Assembly (NCBI RefSeq): GCF_003790525.1
Contig: NZ_CP033635.1
Length of the DNA: 64,000 nt
Strand: one strand, 5' to 3'
Origin: Escherichia coli
GTDB taxonomy: Bacteria; Pseudomonadota; Gammaproteobacteria; Enterobacterales; Enterobacteriaceae
Every line of letters begins with the position of its first letter. Position 1 is the first letter of the stretch. Under the pieces are notes generated by a model that saw only the letters and a program-made list of their open reading frames with translations, ran no database searches and was not told the origin of the DNA. Of the stretch, positions 21,614-34,300 are shown piece by piece. Position numbers and translations under genes: made by a program.

Positions 21614-23362
21614 ATGCATAACGACAAAGATCTCTCTACGTGGCAGACGTTCCGCCGACTGTGGCCAACCATTGCGCCTTTTAAAGCGGGTCTGATCGTG
21701 GCGGGCGTAGCGTTAATCCTCAACGCAGCCAGCGATACCTTCATGTTATCGCTCCTTAAGCCACTTCTTGATGATGGCTTTGGTAAAACAGATCGCTCCG
21801 TGCTGGTGTGGATGCCGCTGGTGGTGATCGGGCTGATGATTTTGCGTGGTATCACCAGCTATGTCTCCAGCTACTGTATCTCCTGGGTATCAGGAAAGGT
21901 GGTAATGACCATGCGTCGCCGCCTGTTTGGTCACATGATGGGAATGCCGGTTTCATTCTTTGACAAACAGTCAACGGGTACGCTGTTGTCACGTATCACC
22001 TACGATTCCGAACAGGTTGCTTCTTCCTCTTCCGGCGCACTGATTACTGTTGTGCGTGAAGGTGCGTCGATCATCGGCCTGTTCATCATGATGTTCTATT
22101 ACAGTTGGCAACTGTCGATCATTTTGATTGTGCTGGCACCGATTGTTTCGATTGCGATTCGCGTTGTATCGAAGCGTTTTCGCAATATCAGTAAAAACAT
22201 GCAGAACACCATGGGGCAGGTGACCACCAGCGCCGAACAAATGCTGAAAGGCCATAAAGAAGTATTGATTTTCGGTGGTCAGGAAGTGGAAACGAAACGC
22301 TTCGATAAAGTCAGCAACCGAATGCGTCTTCAGGGGATGAAAATGGTTTCAGCCTCTTCCATCTCTGATCCGATCATTCAGCTGATCGCCTCTTTGGCGC
22401 TGGCGTTTGTTCTGTATGCGGCAAGCTTCCCAAGTGTCATGGATAGCCTGACTGCCGGTACGATTACCGTTGTTTTCTCTTCAATGATTGCACTTATGCG
22501 TCCGCTGAAATCGCTGACCAACGTTAACGCCCAGTTCCAGCGCGGTATGGCGGCTTGTCAGACGCTGTTTACCATTCTGGACAGTGAGCAGGAGAAAGAC
22601 GAAGGTAAGCGCGTGATCGAGCGTGCGACTGGCGACGTGGAATTCCGCAATGTCACCTTTACTTATCCGGGACGTGACGTACCCGCATTGCGTAACATCA
22701 ACCTGAAAATTCCGGCAGGGAAGACGGTTGCTCTAGTTGGACGCTCTGGTTCAGGTAAATCAACCATCGCCAGCCTGATCACGCGTTTTTACGATATTGA
22801 TGAAGGCGAAATCCTGATGGATGGTCACGATCTGCGCGAGTATACCCTGGCGTCGTTACGTAACCAGGTTGCTCTGGTGTCGCAGAATGTCCATCTGTTT
22901 AACGATACGGTTGCCAACAACATTGCTTACGCACGGACTGAACAGTACAGCCGTGAGCAAATTGAAGAAGCGGCGCGTATGGCCTACGCCATGGACTTCA
23001 TCAATAAGATGGATAACGGTCTCGATACAGTGATTGGTGAAAACGGCGTGCTGCTCTCTGGCGGTCAGCGTCAGCGTATTGCTATCGCTCGAGCCTTGTT
23101 GCGTGATAGCCCGATTCTGATTCTGGACGAAGCTACCTCGGCGTTGGATACCGAATCCGAACGTGCGATTCAGGCGGCACTGGATGAGTTGCAGAAAAAC
23201 CGTACCTCTCTGGTGATTGCCCACCGCTTGTCTACCATTGAAAAGGCAGACGAAATCGTGGTCGTCGAGGATGGTGTCATTGTGGAACGCGGTACGCATA
23301 ACGATTTGCTTGAGCACCGTGGCGTTTACGCGCAACTTCACAAAATGCAGTTTGGCCAATGA
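21614..23362 (+). CDS. msbA: Lipid A ABC exporter (flippase) MsbA
   Basis: 582-aa ORF; Walker [13 protein letters not shown] signature LSGGQRQR; recognised as MsbA. Confidence 0.97.
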   Translation: MHNDKDLSTWQTFRRLWPTIAPFKAGLIVAGVALILNAASDTFMLSLLKPLLDDGFGKTDRSVLVWMPLVVIGLMILRGITSYVSSYCISWVSGKVVMTMRRRLFGHMMGMPVSFFDKQSTGTLLSRITYDSEQVASSSSGALITVVREGASIIGLFIMMFYYSWQLSIILIVLAPIVSIAIRVVSKRFRNISKNMQNTMGQVTTSAEQMLKGHKEVLIFGGQEVETKRFDKVSNRMRLQGMKMVSASSISDPIIQLIASLALAFVLYAASFPSVMDSLTAGTITVVFSSMIALMRPLKSLTNVNAQFQRGMAACQTLFTILDSEQEKDEGKRVIERATGDVEFRNVTFTYPGRDVPALRNINLKIPAGKTVALVGRSGSGKSTIASLITRFYDIDEGEILMDGHDLREYTLASLRNQVALVSQNVHLFNDTVANNIAYARTEQYSREQIEEAARMAYAMDFINKMDNGLDTVIGENGVLLSGGQRQRIAIARALLRDSPILILDEATSALDTESERAIQAALDELQKNRTSLVIAHRLSTIEKADEIVVVEDGVIVERGTHNDLLEHRGVYAQLHKMQFGQ

Positions 23363-24345
23363 TCGAAAAAATCTGGTCTGGTGAATCCCCTTTGTGGCGG
23401 CTATTGCTGCCACTCTCCTGGTTGTATGGCCTGGTGAGTGGCGCGATCCGTCTTTGCTATAAACTAAAACTGAAGCGCGCCTGGCGTGCCCCCGTACCGG
23501 TTGTCGTGGTTGGTAATCTCACCGCAGGCGGCAACGGAAAAACCCCGGTCGTTGTCTGGCTGGTGGAACAGTTGCAACAGCGCGGTATTTGCGTGGGGGT
23601 CGTATCGCGGGGATATGGTGGTAAGGCTGAATCTTATCCGCTGTTATTGTCGGCAGATACCACCACAGCACAGGCGGGTGATGAACCTGTGTTGATTTAT
23701 CAACGCACTGATGCGCCTGTTGCGGTTTCTCCCGTGCGTTCTGATGCGATAAAAGCCATTCTGGCGCAACACCCTGATGTGCAGATCATCGTAACCGACG
23801 ACGGTTTACAGCATTACCGTCTGGCGCGTGATGTGGAAATTGTCGTTATTGATGGTGTGCGTCGCTTTGGCAATGGCTGGTGGTTGCCGGCGGGGCCAAT
23901 GCGTGAGCGAGCGGGGCGCTTAAAGTCGGTTGATGCGGTAATCGTCAACGGTGGTGTCCCCCGCAGCGGTGAAATCCCCATGCATCTGCTGCCGGGTCAG
24001 GCGGTGAATTTACGTACCGGTACGCGTTGTGACGTTGCTCAGCTTGAACATGTGGTGGCGATGGCAGGGATTGGTCATCCGCCGCGCTTTTTTGCCACGC
24101 TGAAGATGTGTGGCGTACAACCGGAAAAATGTGTACCGCTGGCCGATCATCAGTCTTTGAATCATGCGGATGTCAGCGCGTTGGTCAGCGCCGGGCAAAC
24201 GCTGGTAATGACAGAAAAAGATGCGGTGAAATGCCGGGCCTTTGCAGAAGAAAATTGGTGGTATTTGCCTGTAGACGCACAGCTTTCAGGTGATGAACCA
24301 GCGAAACTGCTTGCGCAACTAACCTCGCTGGCTTCTGGCAACTAG
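23359..24345 (+). CDS. lpxK: Tetraacyldisaccharide 4-prime-kinase
   Basis: 328-aa ORF; start overlaps the msbA stop (ATGA); P-loop [12 protein letters not shown]. Confidence 0.96.
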   Translation: MIEKIWSGESPLWRLLLPLSWLYGLVSGAIRLCYKLKLKRAWRAPVPVVVVGNLTAGGNGKTPVVVWLVEQLQQRGICVGVVSRGYGGKAESYPLLLSADTTTAQAGDEPVLIYQRTDAPVAVSPVRSDAIKAILAQHPDVQIIVTDDGLQHYRLARDVEIVVIDGVRRFGNGWWLPAGPMRERAGRLKSVDAVIVNGGVPRSGEIPMHLLPGQAVNLRTGTRCDVAQLEHVVAMAGIGHPPRFFATLKMCGVQPEKCVPLADHQSLNHADVSALVSAGQTLVMTEKDAVKCRAFAEENWWYLPVDAQLSGDEPAKLLAQLTSLASGN

Positions 24346-24381
24346 TTACGCCGCGGCAGCGTTCGATTGATGGAGTCATGA

Positions 24382-25614
24382 ATGTCGCTGCCGCACCTCT
24401 CTCTTGCTGATGCGCGTAATCTTCACCTCGCCGCGCAAGGCCTGTTAAACAAACCCCGCCGTCGAGCGTCGTTGGAGGATATTCCGGCAACGATCTCCCG
24501 CATGTCCTTGCTGCAAATCGATACCATCAATATTGTTGCCCGTAGCCCATATCTGGTGCTTTTCAGTCGTCTGGGAAATTATCCTGCCCAGTGGCTGGAT
24601 GAGTCTCTGGCGCGTGGCGAATTAATGGAATACTGGGCGCATGAAGCCTGCTTTATGCCACGTAGCGATTTTCGTCTTATTCGCCACCGCATGCTGGCAC
24701 CTGAAAAAATGGGCTGGAAATACAAAGACGCCTGGATGCAGGAACATGAGGTGGAAATTGCACAGTTAATTCAGCATATTCATGATAAGGGGCCGGTACG
24801 TTCAGCCGATTTTGAGCATCCTCGTAAAGGGGCAAGCGGCTGGTGGGAGTGGAAGCCGCATAAACGACATCTGGAAGGTTTATTTACTGCCGGAAAGGTG
24901 ATGGTGATTGAACGGCGCAACTTCCAGCGCGTTTATGATTTAACCCACCGTGTCATGCCTGACTGGGATGATGAGCGCGATCTCGTTTCGCAAACAGAAG
25001 CAGAAATCATCATGCTGGATAACAGTGCGCGTAGCCTGGGCATATTCCGCGAACAGTGGCTGGCAGATTACTATCGGCTGAAACGTCCGGCACTGGCGGC
25101 TTGGCGCGAAGCGAGGGCTGAACTGCAGCAAATCATTGCTGTGCATGTTGAAAAATTGGGCAATCTTTGGTTGCATGCTGATTTGCTGCCGCTACTCGAG
25201 CGTGCGCTGGCCGGAAAGCTCACTGCAACGCACAGCGCGGTACTTTCGCCTTTTGATCCTGTTGTCTGGGATCGCAAACGCGCAGAGCAGCTTTTTGATT
25301 TTAGCTACCGGCTGGAGTGCTATACCCCTGCGCCGAAACGCCAGTATGGCTATTTTGTTCTGCCGTTATTACATCGTGGGCAATTAGTTGGGCGAATGGA
25401 TGCCAAAATGCATCGCCAGACAGGCATCCTTGAAGTTATCTCTCTGTGGTTACAGGAAGGCATTAAACCAACGACAACGCTGCAAAAAGGGTTACGTCAG
25501 GCGATTACTGATTTCGCTAACTGGCAGCAGGCAACGCGGGTGACATTAGGACGCTGCCCGCAAGGCCTCTTTACTGATTGCCGCACCGGCTGGGAAATAG
25601 ACCCCGTCGCATAA
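24382..25614 (+). CDS. ycaQ: Winged-helix DNA glycosylase-like protein YcaQ
   Basis: 410-aa ORF recognised as E. coli YcaQ. Confidence 0.9.
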   Translation: MSLPHLSLADARNLHLAAQGLLNKPRRRASLEDIPATISRMSLLQIDTINIVARSPYLVLFSRLGNYPAQWLDESLARGELMEYWAHEACFMPRSDFRLIRHRMLAPEKMGWKYKDAWMQEHEVEIAQLIQHIHDKGPVRSADFEHPRKGASGWWEWKPHKRHLEGLFTAGKVMVIERRNFQRVYDLTHRVMPDWDDERDLVSQTEAEIIMLDNSARSLGIFREQWLADYYRLKRPALAAWREARAELQQIIAVHVEKLGNLWLHADLLPLLERALAGKLTATHSAVLSPFDPVVWDRKRAEQLFDFSYRLECYTPAPKRQYGYFVLPLLHRGQLVGRMDAKMHRQTGILEVISLWLQEGIKPTTTLQKGLRQAITDFANWQQATRVTLGRCPQGLFTDCRTGWEIDPVA

Positions 25615-25665
25615 ATGATTATGATAAGATTTATGCATTCATAACCCGATCCATCTGGAGGAACT

Positions 25666-26591
<926 letters not shown>

Positions 26592-26744
26592 TTTCACTTC
26601 ACGACACTCCAGCCAATTTTGGGAGGAGTGTCGTACCGTTACGATTTTCCTCAATTTTTCTTTTCAACAATTGATCTCATTCAGGTGACATCTTTTATAT
26701 TGGCGCTCATTATGAAAGCAGTAGCTTTTATGAGGGTAATCTGA

Positions 26745-27638
26745 ATGGAACAGCTGCGTGCCGAATTAAGCCATTTACTGGGCGAAAAACTCAGTCGTAT
26801 TGAGTGCGTCAATGAAAAAGCGGATACGGCGTTGTGGGCTTTGTATGACAGCCAGGGAAACCCAATGCCGTTAATGGCAAGAAGCTTTAGTACGCCCGGA
26901 AAAGCCCGACAACTGGCATGGAAAACCACCATGCTGGCAAGAAGTGGGACTGTCCGTATGCCGACTATTTATGGTGTGATGACGCATGAAGAACACCCCG
27001 GCCCCGATGTCCTGCTACTGGAGCGGATGCGTGGTGTTTCGGTGGAGGCACCAGCCCGAACACCAGAACGCTGGGAACAACTCAAAGATCAAATCGTTGA
27101 AGCCTTACTGGCCTGGCACCGTCAGGACAGTCGCGGTTGCGTCGGCGCGGTCGACAATACTCAGGAAAATTTCTGGCCCTCATGGTACCGGCAACATGTT
27201 GAAGTGCTATGGACCACGCTCAATCAGTTCAATAACACCGGTCTGACGATGCAGGATAAGCGGATCCTGTTTCGCACTCGCGAATGTCTCCCGGCATTAT
27301 TTGAAGGCTTTAACGACAATTGTGTACTGATTCACGGTAACTTCTGTTTACGCAGCATGCTGAAAGATTCGCGCAGCGATCAGTTACTGGCGATGGTCGG
27401 ACCGGGACTAATGCTTTGGGCACCGCGAGAATACGAACTGTTCCGACTAATGGATAATTCTCTGGCGGAAGATTTGCTCTGGAGTTATCTGCAACGCGCG
27501 CCAGTGGCGGAGTCGTTCATCTGGCGGCGTTGGTTGTATGTGTTATGGGATGAAGTTGCGCAACTGGTCAACACCGGACGATTTAGTCGGCGTAACTTCG
27601 ATCTGGCATCAAAATCACTCTTGCCGTGGCTCGCCTGA
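26745..27638 (+). CDS. ycbJ: Putative phosphotransferase / kinase-like protein YcbJ
   Basis: 297-aa ORF; 3-prime end overlaps elyC on the opposite strand by 24 bp. Confidence 0.88.
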   Translation: MEQLRAELSHLLGEKLSRIECVNEKADTALWALYDSQGNPMPLMARSFSTPGKARQLAWKTTMLARSGTVRMPTIYGVMTHEEHPGPDVLLLERMRGVSVEAPARTPERWEQLKDQIVEALLAWHRQDSRGCVGAVDNTQENFWPSWYRQHVEVLWTTLNQFNNTGLTMQDKRILFRTRECLPALFEGFNDNCVLIHGNFCLRSMLKDSRSDQLLAMVGPGLMLWAPREYELFRLMDNSLAEDLLWSYLQRAPVAESFIWRRWLYVLWDEVAQLVNTGRFSRRNFDLASKSLLPWLA

Positions 27639-28394
27639 CGAACCTTTCAGCCATTGCCAGATCCGGCCAAGCGTTTCATAGCCAACGCGGTCGCTATGCA
27701 TCAACCAAACCGGAGAAGGGATTGCCCGTTCCCACGGATTAAGCGGCGAGTCGATGGCCAACTGATTCGCCGGGGCTGGTAGCGGATTTAACCCTTCCTG
27801 CTGAAAAAAGATCATCGCCCGCGGCAGATGTGATGCGGAGGTCACCAGCAGGAAAGGGGCGTCACCAATCGCCTGTTTCACTGCCGCAGCTTCTTCTTCG
27901 GTATCTTTTGGCAAATCCAGGGTGATAATTTGCTCGCGCGGTACGCCCAGCGATTGCGCAACTCTGGCACCTACTTCCGCTGTACTCACCGTATTGGTTT
28001 TTGCTACGCCTCCCGTGAAGATCAGTTTTGATCCCGGATTTTCGCGCCATAAGCGAATACCTTCATTCAGGCGTGGCAGACTGTTATTGATTAAATTCGA
28101 ACTCGGTGCCCACTGTGGGTTCCAGGTATAACCGCCTCCGAGCACCACGATATAGTCCACTTTTTGCGAATTATTCCATGTCGGATAGGTGCTTTCGATG
28201 GGACGCAGCAGGCGGTCGGCTACCGGTTGCAAACTCAATAACAAGAGCGCCAGCCACCCAATGCTAATAAAAATCTTCCCGGTTTTTTGAAAACGGCTAA
28301 ACCACAGCAGCGCCAGGCCAGCGCCAATAATCAACAACATCAGCGGAAGTGGCAGCAACATATTGCCAATCACTTTTTTCAGTGTAAAAAGCAT
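27615..28394 (-). CDS. elyC: Envelope biogenesis factor ElyC (DUF218)
   Basis: 259-aa ORF MLFTLKKVIGNMLLPLPLMLLIIGAGLALLWF... with N-terminal TM helices; formerly ycbC. Confidence 0.9.
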   Translation of the reverse strand: MLFTLKKVIGNMLLPLPLMLLIIGAGLALLWFSRFQKTGKIFISIGWLALLLLSLQPVADRLLRPIESTYPTWNNSQKVDYIVVLGGGYTWNPQWAPSSNLINNSLPRLNEGIRLWRENPGSKLIFTGGVAKTNTVSTAEVGARVAQSLGVPREQIITLDLPKDTEEEAAAVKQAIGDAPFLLVTSASHLPRAMIFFQQEGLNPLPAPANQLAIDSPLNPWERAIPSPVWLMHSDRVGYETLGRIWQWLKGSSGEPRQE

Positions 28395-28529
28395 CCTTTC
28401 TGGTTCCTTTTTTAACCATATAGCAAGGGATCGCCAGCGATATTACACCAGACGGGTTCATTCTCGCCGTGGCTGTGACAAAATAGCGTCTTTATCAGAA
28501 AACGTCTTAGCCAACCGGTGGAGAAAGCA

Positions 28530-29315
28530 ATGCAGGATCGCAATTTTGATGATATTGCGGAAAAGTTTTCCCGTAACATTTACGGCACCACCAAAGGGCA
28601 GCTTCGACAGGCTATTCTGTGGCAGGATCTCGATCGCGTGCTGGCGGAAATGGGCCCGCAAAAACTGCGTGTGCTGGATGCTGGCGGTGGAGAAGGGCAG
28701 ACCGCAATCAAAATGGCTGAGCGCGGGCATCAGGTCATTTTATGCGATCTTTCTGCGCAGATGATCGACCGCGCAAAACAGGCGGCAGAAGCAAAAGGTG
28801 TGAGCGACAACATGCAATTTATACATTGCGCCGCTCAGGATGTTGCTTCGCATTTGGAAACGCCCGTTGATCTGATATTGTTCCATGCGGTGCTCGAGTG
28901 GGTGGCCGATCCCCGCAGCGTATTACAGACCCTGTGGTCAGTGTTGCGTCCAGGCGGCGTGTTGTCGTTAATGTTCTACAATGCGCACGGCTTGCTGATG
29001 CATAACATGGTCGCCGGGAATTTTGATTACGTGCAGGCGGGAATGCCGAAAAAGAAAAAACGGACGCTTTCGCCAGATTATCCACGCGACCCGGCGCAGG
29101 TTTATCTGTGGCTGGAAGAAGCTGGTTGGCAAATTATGGGTAAGACAGGCGTTCGTGTGTTTCATGATTATCTGCGCGAGAAGCACCAGCAGCGCGACTG
29201 CTATGAAGCATTACTTGAATTAGAAACGCGTTATTGCCGTCAGGAACCGTATATTACCCTGGGGCGTTATATTCATGTCACCGCGCGCAAACCGCAGAGC
29301 AAGGATAAAGTATGA
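28530..29315 (+). CDS. cmoM: SAM-dependent tRNA methyltransferase CmoM (SmtA)
   Basis: Track ORF 28518..29315; start trimmed to [19 protein letters not shown] (261 aa); SAM-binding motif VLDAGGGEG; stop overlaps the mukF start. Confidence 0.9.
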
Positions 29316-30634
29316 GTGAATTTTCCCAGACAGTCCCCGAACTGGTTGCCTGGGCCAGAAAAAATGACTTCTCCATCTCGCTGCCGGTAGACCGACTCTC
29401 TTTTCTGCTGGCGGTTGCCACGCTGAACGGCGAGCGTCTGGATGGTGAGATGAGTGAAGGCGAGCTGGTGGATGCATTCCGCCATGTGAGTGATGCGTTT
29501 GAGCAAACCAGCGAAACCATCGGCGTGCGTGCCAACAACGCGATCAACGACATGGTGCGTCAACGTCTGCTGAACCGCTTTACCAGCGAGCAGGCGGAAG
29601 GGAACGCAATTTACCGTCTGACGCCGCTCGGCATCGGCATTACTGACTATTACATCCGTCAGCGCGAGTTTTCTACGCTGCGCCTTTCTATGCAGTTGTC
29701 GATTGTGGCGGGTGAGCTCAAACGCGCGGCAGATGCCGCCGAAGAGGGCGGTGATGAATTTCACTGGCACCGTAATGTTTATGCGCCACTGAAATATTCG
29801 GTAGCAGAAATTTTCGACAGTATCGACCTGACGCAACGTCTGATGGACGAACAGCAGCAGCAGGTGAAGGACGATATCGCCCAGTTGCTGAACAAAGACT
29901 GGCGGGCGGCGATCTCCAGCTGTGAATTGTTGCTTTCGGAAACTTCCGGAACGCTGCGTGAATTGCAGGATACGCTGGAAGCGGCAGGCGACAAATTGCA
30001 GGCTAATCTGTTGCGCATTCAGGATGCGACGATGACCCATGACGATCTGCATTTTGTCGATCGTCTGGTGTTCGATCTGCAGAGCAAACTTGACCGTATT
30101 ATCAGTTGGGGCCAGCAATCCATCGACTTGTGGATTGGCTACGACCGCCACGTACACAAATTTATCCGTACCGCAATCGATATGGATAAAAACCGCGTCT
30201 TTGCTCAGCGGTTACGTCAGTCGGTACAAACCTATTTTGATGAGCCGTGGGCGCTAACTTATGCCAATGCCGATCGTCTGCTGGATATGCGTGACGAAGA
30301 GATGGCACTGCGCGATGAAGAAGTGACTGGGGAACTTCCTGAGGATCTGGAGTACGAAGAGTTTAACGAGATCCGCGAACAGCTGGCGGCGATCATTGAA
30401 GAACAACTTGCCGTGTACAAAACCAGACAAGTGCCGCTGGATCTTGGTCTGGTGGTACGCGAATATCTGTCACAGTATCCGCGTGCACGTCACTTTGACG
30501 TTGCGCGCATTGTTATTGATCAGGCGGTACGTCTTGGCGTAGCGCAAGCAGATTTCACCGGACTGCCAGCGAAATGGCAGCCGATTAATGATTACGGAGC
30601 CAAGGTACAGGCGCATGTCATCGACAAATATTGA
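29312..30634 (+). CDS. mukF: Condensin kleisin subunit MukF
   Basis: 440-aa [34 protein letters not shown]... recognised as MukF. Confidence 0.97.
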
Positions 30635-31319
30635 ACAAGTGATGCCGGTTAAGCTGGCGCAGGCGCTGGCGAATCCGTTATTTCCGGCGCTGGATAGCGC
30701 CTTACGTTCAGGCCGCCATATTGGCCTCGACGAACTGGATAATCATGCATTCCTGATGGATTTTCAGGAATATCTGGAAGAGTTTTACGCGCGTTATAAC
30801 GTTGAGCTTATTCGCGCACCGGAAGGGTTCTTCTATTTACGCCCACGTTCCACCACTCTTATCCCGCGTTCCGTCTTGTCGGAACTGGATATGATGGTCG
30901 GGAAAATCCTCTGTTATCTCTATCTCAGCCCGGAACGGCTGGCGAACGAGGGGATTTTCACCCAGCAGGAACTGTACGACGAACTGCTCACCCTGGCCGA
31001 TGAAGCGAAACTGCTGAAACTGGTGAACAACCGTTCAACCGGTTCAGACGTTGACCGCCAGAAGTTGCAGGAGAAAGTACGTTCTTCGCTCAACCGTCTG
31101 CGTCGTTTGGGTATGGTGTGGTTTATGGGCCACGACAGCAGCAAGTTCCGCATTACCGAATCGGTGTTCCGCTTCGGAGCCGATGTGCGTGCTGGCGACG
31201 ATCCCCGTGAAGCACAGCGTCGCCTGATTCGTGATGGCGAAGCAATGCCGATTGAAAATCATCTGCAACTCAACGATGAAACCGAAGAGAATCAGCCAGA
31301 TAGCGGAGAGGAAGAATAA
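30615..31319 (+). CDS. mukE: Condensin subunit MukE
   Basis: Track ORF 30588..31319; start placed at [18 protein letters not shown] (234 aa), 20 nt inside the mukF 3-prime end; alternative upstream ATG at 30588 cannot be excluded. Confidence 0.88.
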
Positions 31320-34300
31320 TGATTGAACGCGGTAAATTTCGCTCACTGACGCTGATTAACTGGAACGGCTTTTTTGCCCGAACTTTTGACCTTGACGAGC
31401 TGGTCACGACGCTTTCTGGCGGTAACGGGGCGGGTAAATCCACCACCATGGCGGCGTTCGTTACGGCGCTGATCCCCGACCTGACCCTGCTGCATTTCCG
31501 TAACACCACGGAAGCCGGGGCCACCAGCGGTTCGCGCGATAAAGGTCTGCACGGTAAGCTGAAAGCGGGTGTCTGTTATTCGATGCTCGACACCATTAAC
31601 TCGCGCCACCAGCGCGTGGTGGTCGGTGTGCGTCTGCAACAGGTTGCCGGACGCGATCGTAAAGTGGATATCAAACCGTTTGCCATTCAGGGTTTACCGA
31701 TGTCGGTGCAGCCGACACAACTGGTGACCGAAACCCTGAGCGAACGTCAGGCGCGCGTGCTGCCGCTTAACGAGCTGAAAGACAAGCTCGAGGCGATGGA
31801 AGGCGTGCAGTTTAAACAGTTCAACTCCATTACCGATTACCACTCGCTGATGTTCGATCTGGGCATCATCGCGCGTCGTCTGCGCTCAGCGTCTGACCGT
31901 AGTAAATTCTATCGTCTGATCGAAGCTTCGCTGTACGGCGGGATCTCCAGCGCCATTACGCGCTCTCTGCGCGACTACCTGTTGCCGGAAAACAGCGGCG
32001 TGCGGAAAGCGTTCCAGGACATGGAAGCGGCGCTGCGCGAAAACCGCATGACGCTGGAAGCGATTCGTGTCACCCAGTCGGACCGCGACCTGTTTAAGCA
32101 TCTGATTAGCGAAGCCACCAACTACGTGGCGGCGGACTACATGCGTCACGCCAACGAGCGCCGTGTCCATCTCGACAAAGCCCTGGAGTTTCGTCGCGAG
32201 CTACACACTTCGCGTCAGCAACTGGCGGCTGAGCAGTACAAACACGTCGATATGGCGCGTGAGCTGGCAGAGCACAACGGTGCCGAAGGCGATCTGGAAG
32301 CAGATTATCAGGCGGCCAGCGATCACCTGAACCTGGTGCAAACCGCACTGCGTCAGCAGGAGAAGATCGAACGCTACGAAGCGGATCTCGATGAGCTGCA
32401 GATCCGTCTGGAAGAGCAAAACGAAGTGGTGGCAGAAGCCATCGAACGCCAGGAAGAGAACGAGGCTCGTGCGGAAGCTGCCGAACTGGAAGTGGACGAG
32501 CTGAAAAGCCAGCTTGCTGACTACCAGCAGGCGCTGGACGTCCAGCAAACGCGCGCGATCCAGTATAACCAGGCGATTGCTGCGCTTAATCGTGCCAAAG
32601 AACTGTGCCATCTGCCGGACTTAACCGCCGACAGCGCCGCCGAATGGCTGGAAACCTTCCAGGCGAAAGAGCTGGAAGCGACCGAAAAAATGCTCTCTCT
32701 TGAGCAGAAAATGAGCATGGCGCAAACCGCGCACAGCCAGTTTGAGCAGGCTTATCAGCTGGTGGTGGCAATCAACGGCCCGCTGGCGCGTAACGAGGCG
32801 TGGGATGTCGCTCGCGAACTATTGCGCGAAGGGGTCGATCAGCGTCACCTGGCAGAGCAGGTTCAGCCGTTGCGGATGCGCTTAAGCGAACTGGAACAGC
32901 GTCTGCGTGAGCAGCAAGAAGCTGAGCGTCTGCTGGCAGATTTCTGCAAACGTCAGGGCAAGAATTTTGACATTGACGAGCTGGAAGCTCTGCATCAGGA
33001 GCTGGAAGCACGCATTGCCTCTCTTTCCGATAGCGTGTCTAACGCCCGTGAAGAGCGGATGACACTGCGCCAGGAGCAGGAACAGCTGCAGTCTCGCATT
33101 CAGAGTTTGATGCGGCGTGCGCCGGTTTGGCTGGCTGCGCAAAACAGTCTCAACCAGTTGAGCGAACAGTGCGGCGAAGAGTTCTCCTCCAGCCAGGATG
33201 TCACCGAATATCTGCAACAGTTGCTGGAGCGTGAGCGCGAAGCCATTGTTGAACGCGATGAAGTAGGCGCGCGCAAAAACGCCGTCGATGAAGAGATCGA
33301 ACGTTTAAGCCAGCCAGGTGGTTCTGAAGACCAGCGTCTGAATGCGCTGGCGGAGCGTTTTGGCGGCGTGCTGCTGTCAGAAATTTATGACGACGTTAGC
33401 CTGGAAGATGCGCCGTACTTCTCAGCGCTGTATGGCCCGTCACGCCACGCCATCGTGGTGCCAGATCTGTCACAGGTAACCGAACACCTGGAAGGCTTGA
33501 CCGATTGCCCGGAAGATCTCTATCTGATCGAAGGGGATCCGCAGTCATTCGATGACAGCGTGTTCAGCGTTGATGAGCTGGAAAAAGCGGTGGTGGTGAA
33601 AATCGCCGATCGTCAGTGGCGTTATTCACGTTTCCCGGAAGTGCCGCTGTTTGGTCGTGCTGCGCGTGAAAGCCGTATTGAAAGCCTCCATGCCGAGCGT
33701 GAAGTGCTTTCCGAACGCTTCGCCACGCTCTCCTTTGATGTACAGAAAACCCAGCGTCTGCATCAGGCGTTCAGCCGCTTTATCGGCAGCCACCTGGCGG
33801 TGGCGTTTGAGTCTGATCCGGAAGCCGAAATCCGTCAACTGAACAGCCGTCGCGTCGAACTGGAGCGGGCGTTGAGTAATCATGAAAATGATAACCAGCA
33901 GCAGCGTATTCAGTTTGAGCAGGCGAAAGAGGGTGTTACGGCGCTGAACCGCATTCTGCCGCGTCTCAACTTGTTGGCTGATGACAGCCTGGCGGATCGC
34001 GTCGATGAAATCCGCGAACGTCTGGATGAAGCCCAGGAAGCCGCGCGTTTTGTTCAGCAGTTCGGTAATCAACTGGCGAAACTGGAACCGATCGTTTCGG
34101 TATTGCAGAGTGACCCGGAACAGTTCGAACAATTAAAAGAAGATTACGCGTACTCTCAGCAGATGCAGCGCGATGCCCGTCAGCAGGCGTTTGCCCTGAC
34201 GGAAGTGGTGCAGCGTCGTGCGCACTTTAGCTACTCTGACTCGGCAGAAATGCTTAGCGGTAACAGCGATCTCAACGAAAAACTGCGTGAACGTCTGGAA

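Noticed and set aside
29273-30157. 294-aa reverse ORF within mukF, and similar ones within mukB (34994..35728), pepN (46389..47132) and rlmL (62956..63840)
   Set aside because: All are fully contained antisense to well-supported genes and have repetitive, arginine/valine-rich translations typical of out-of-frame reads of GC-rich coding DNA.
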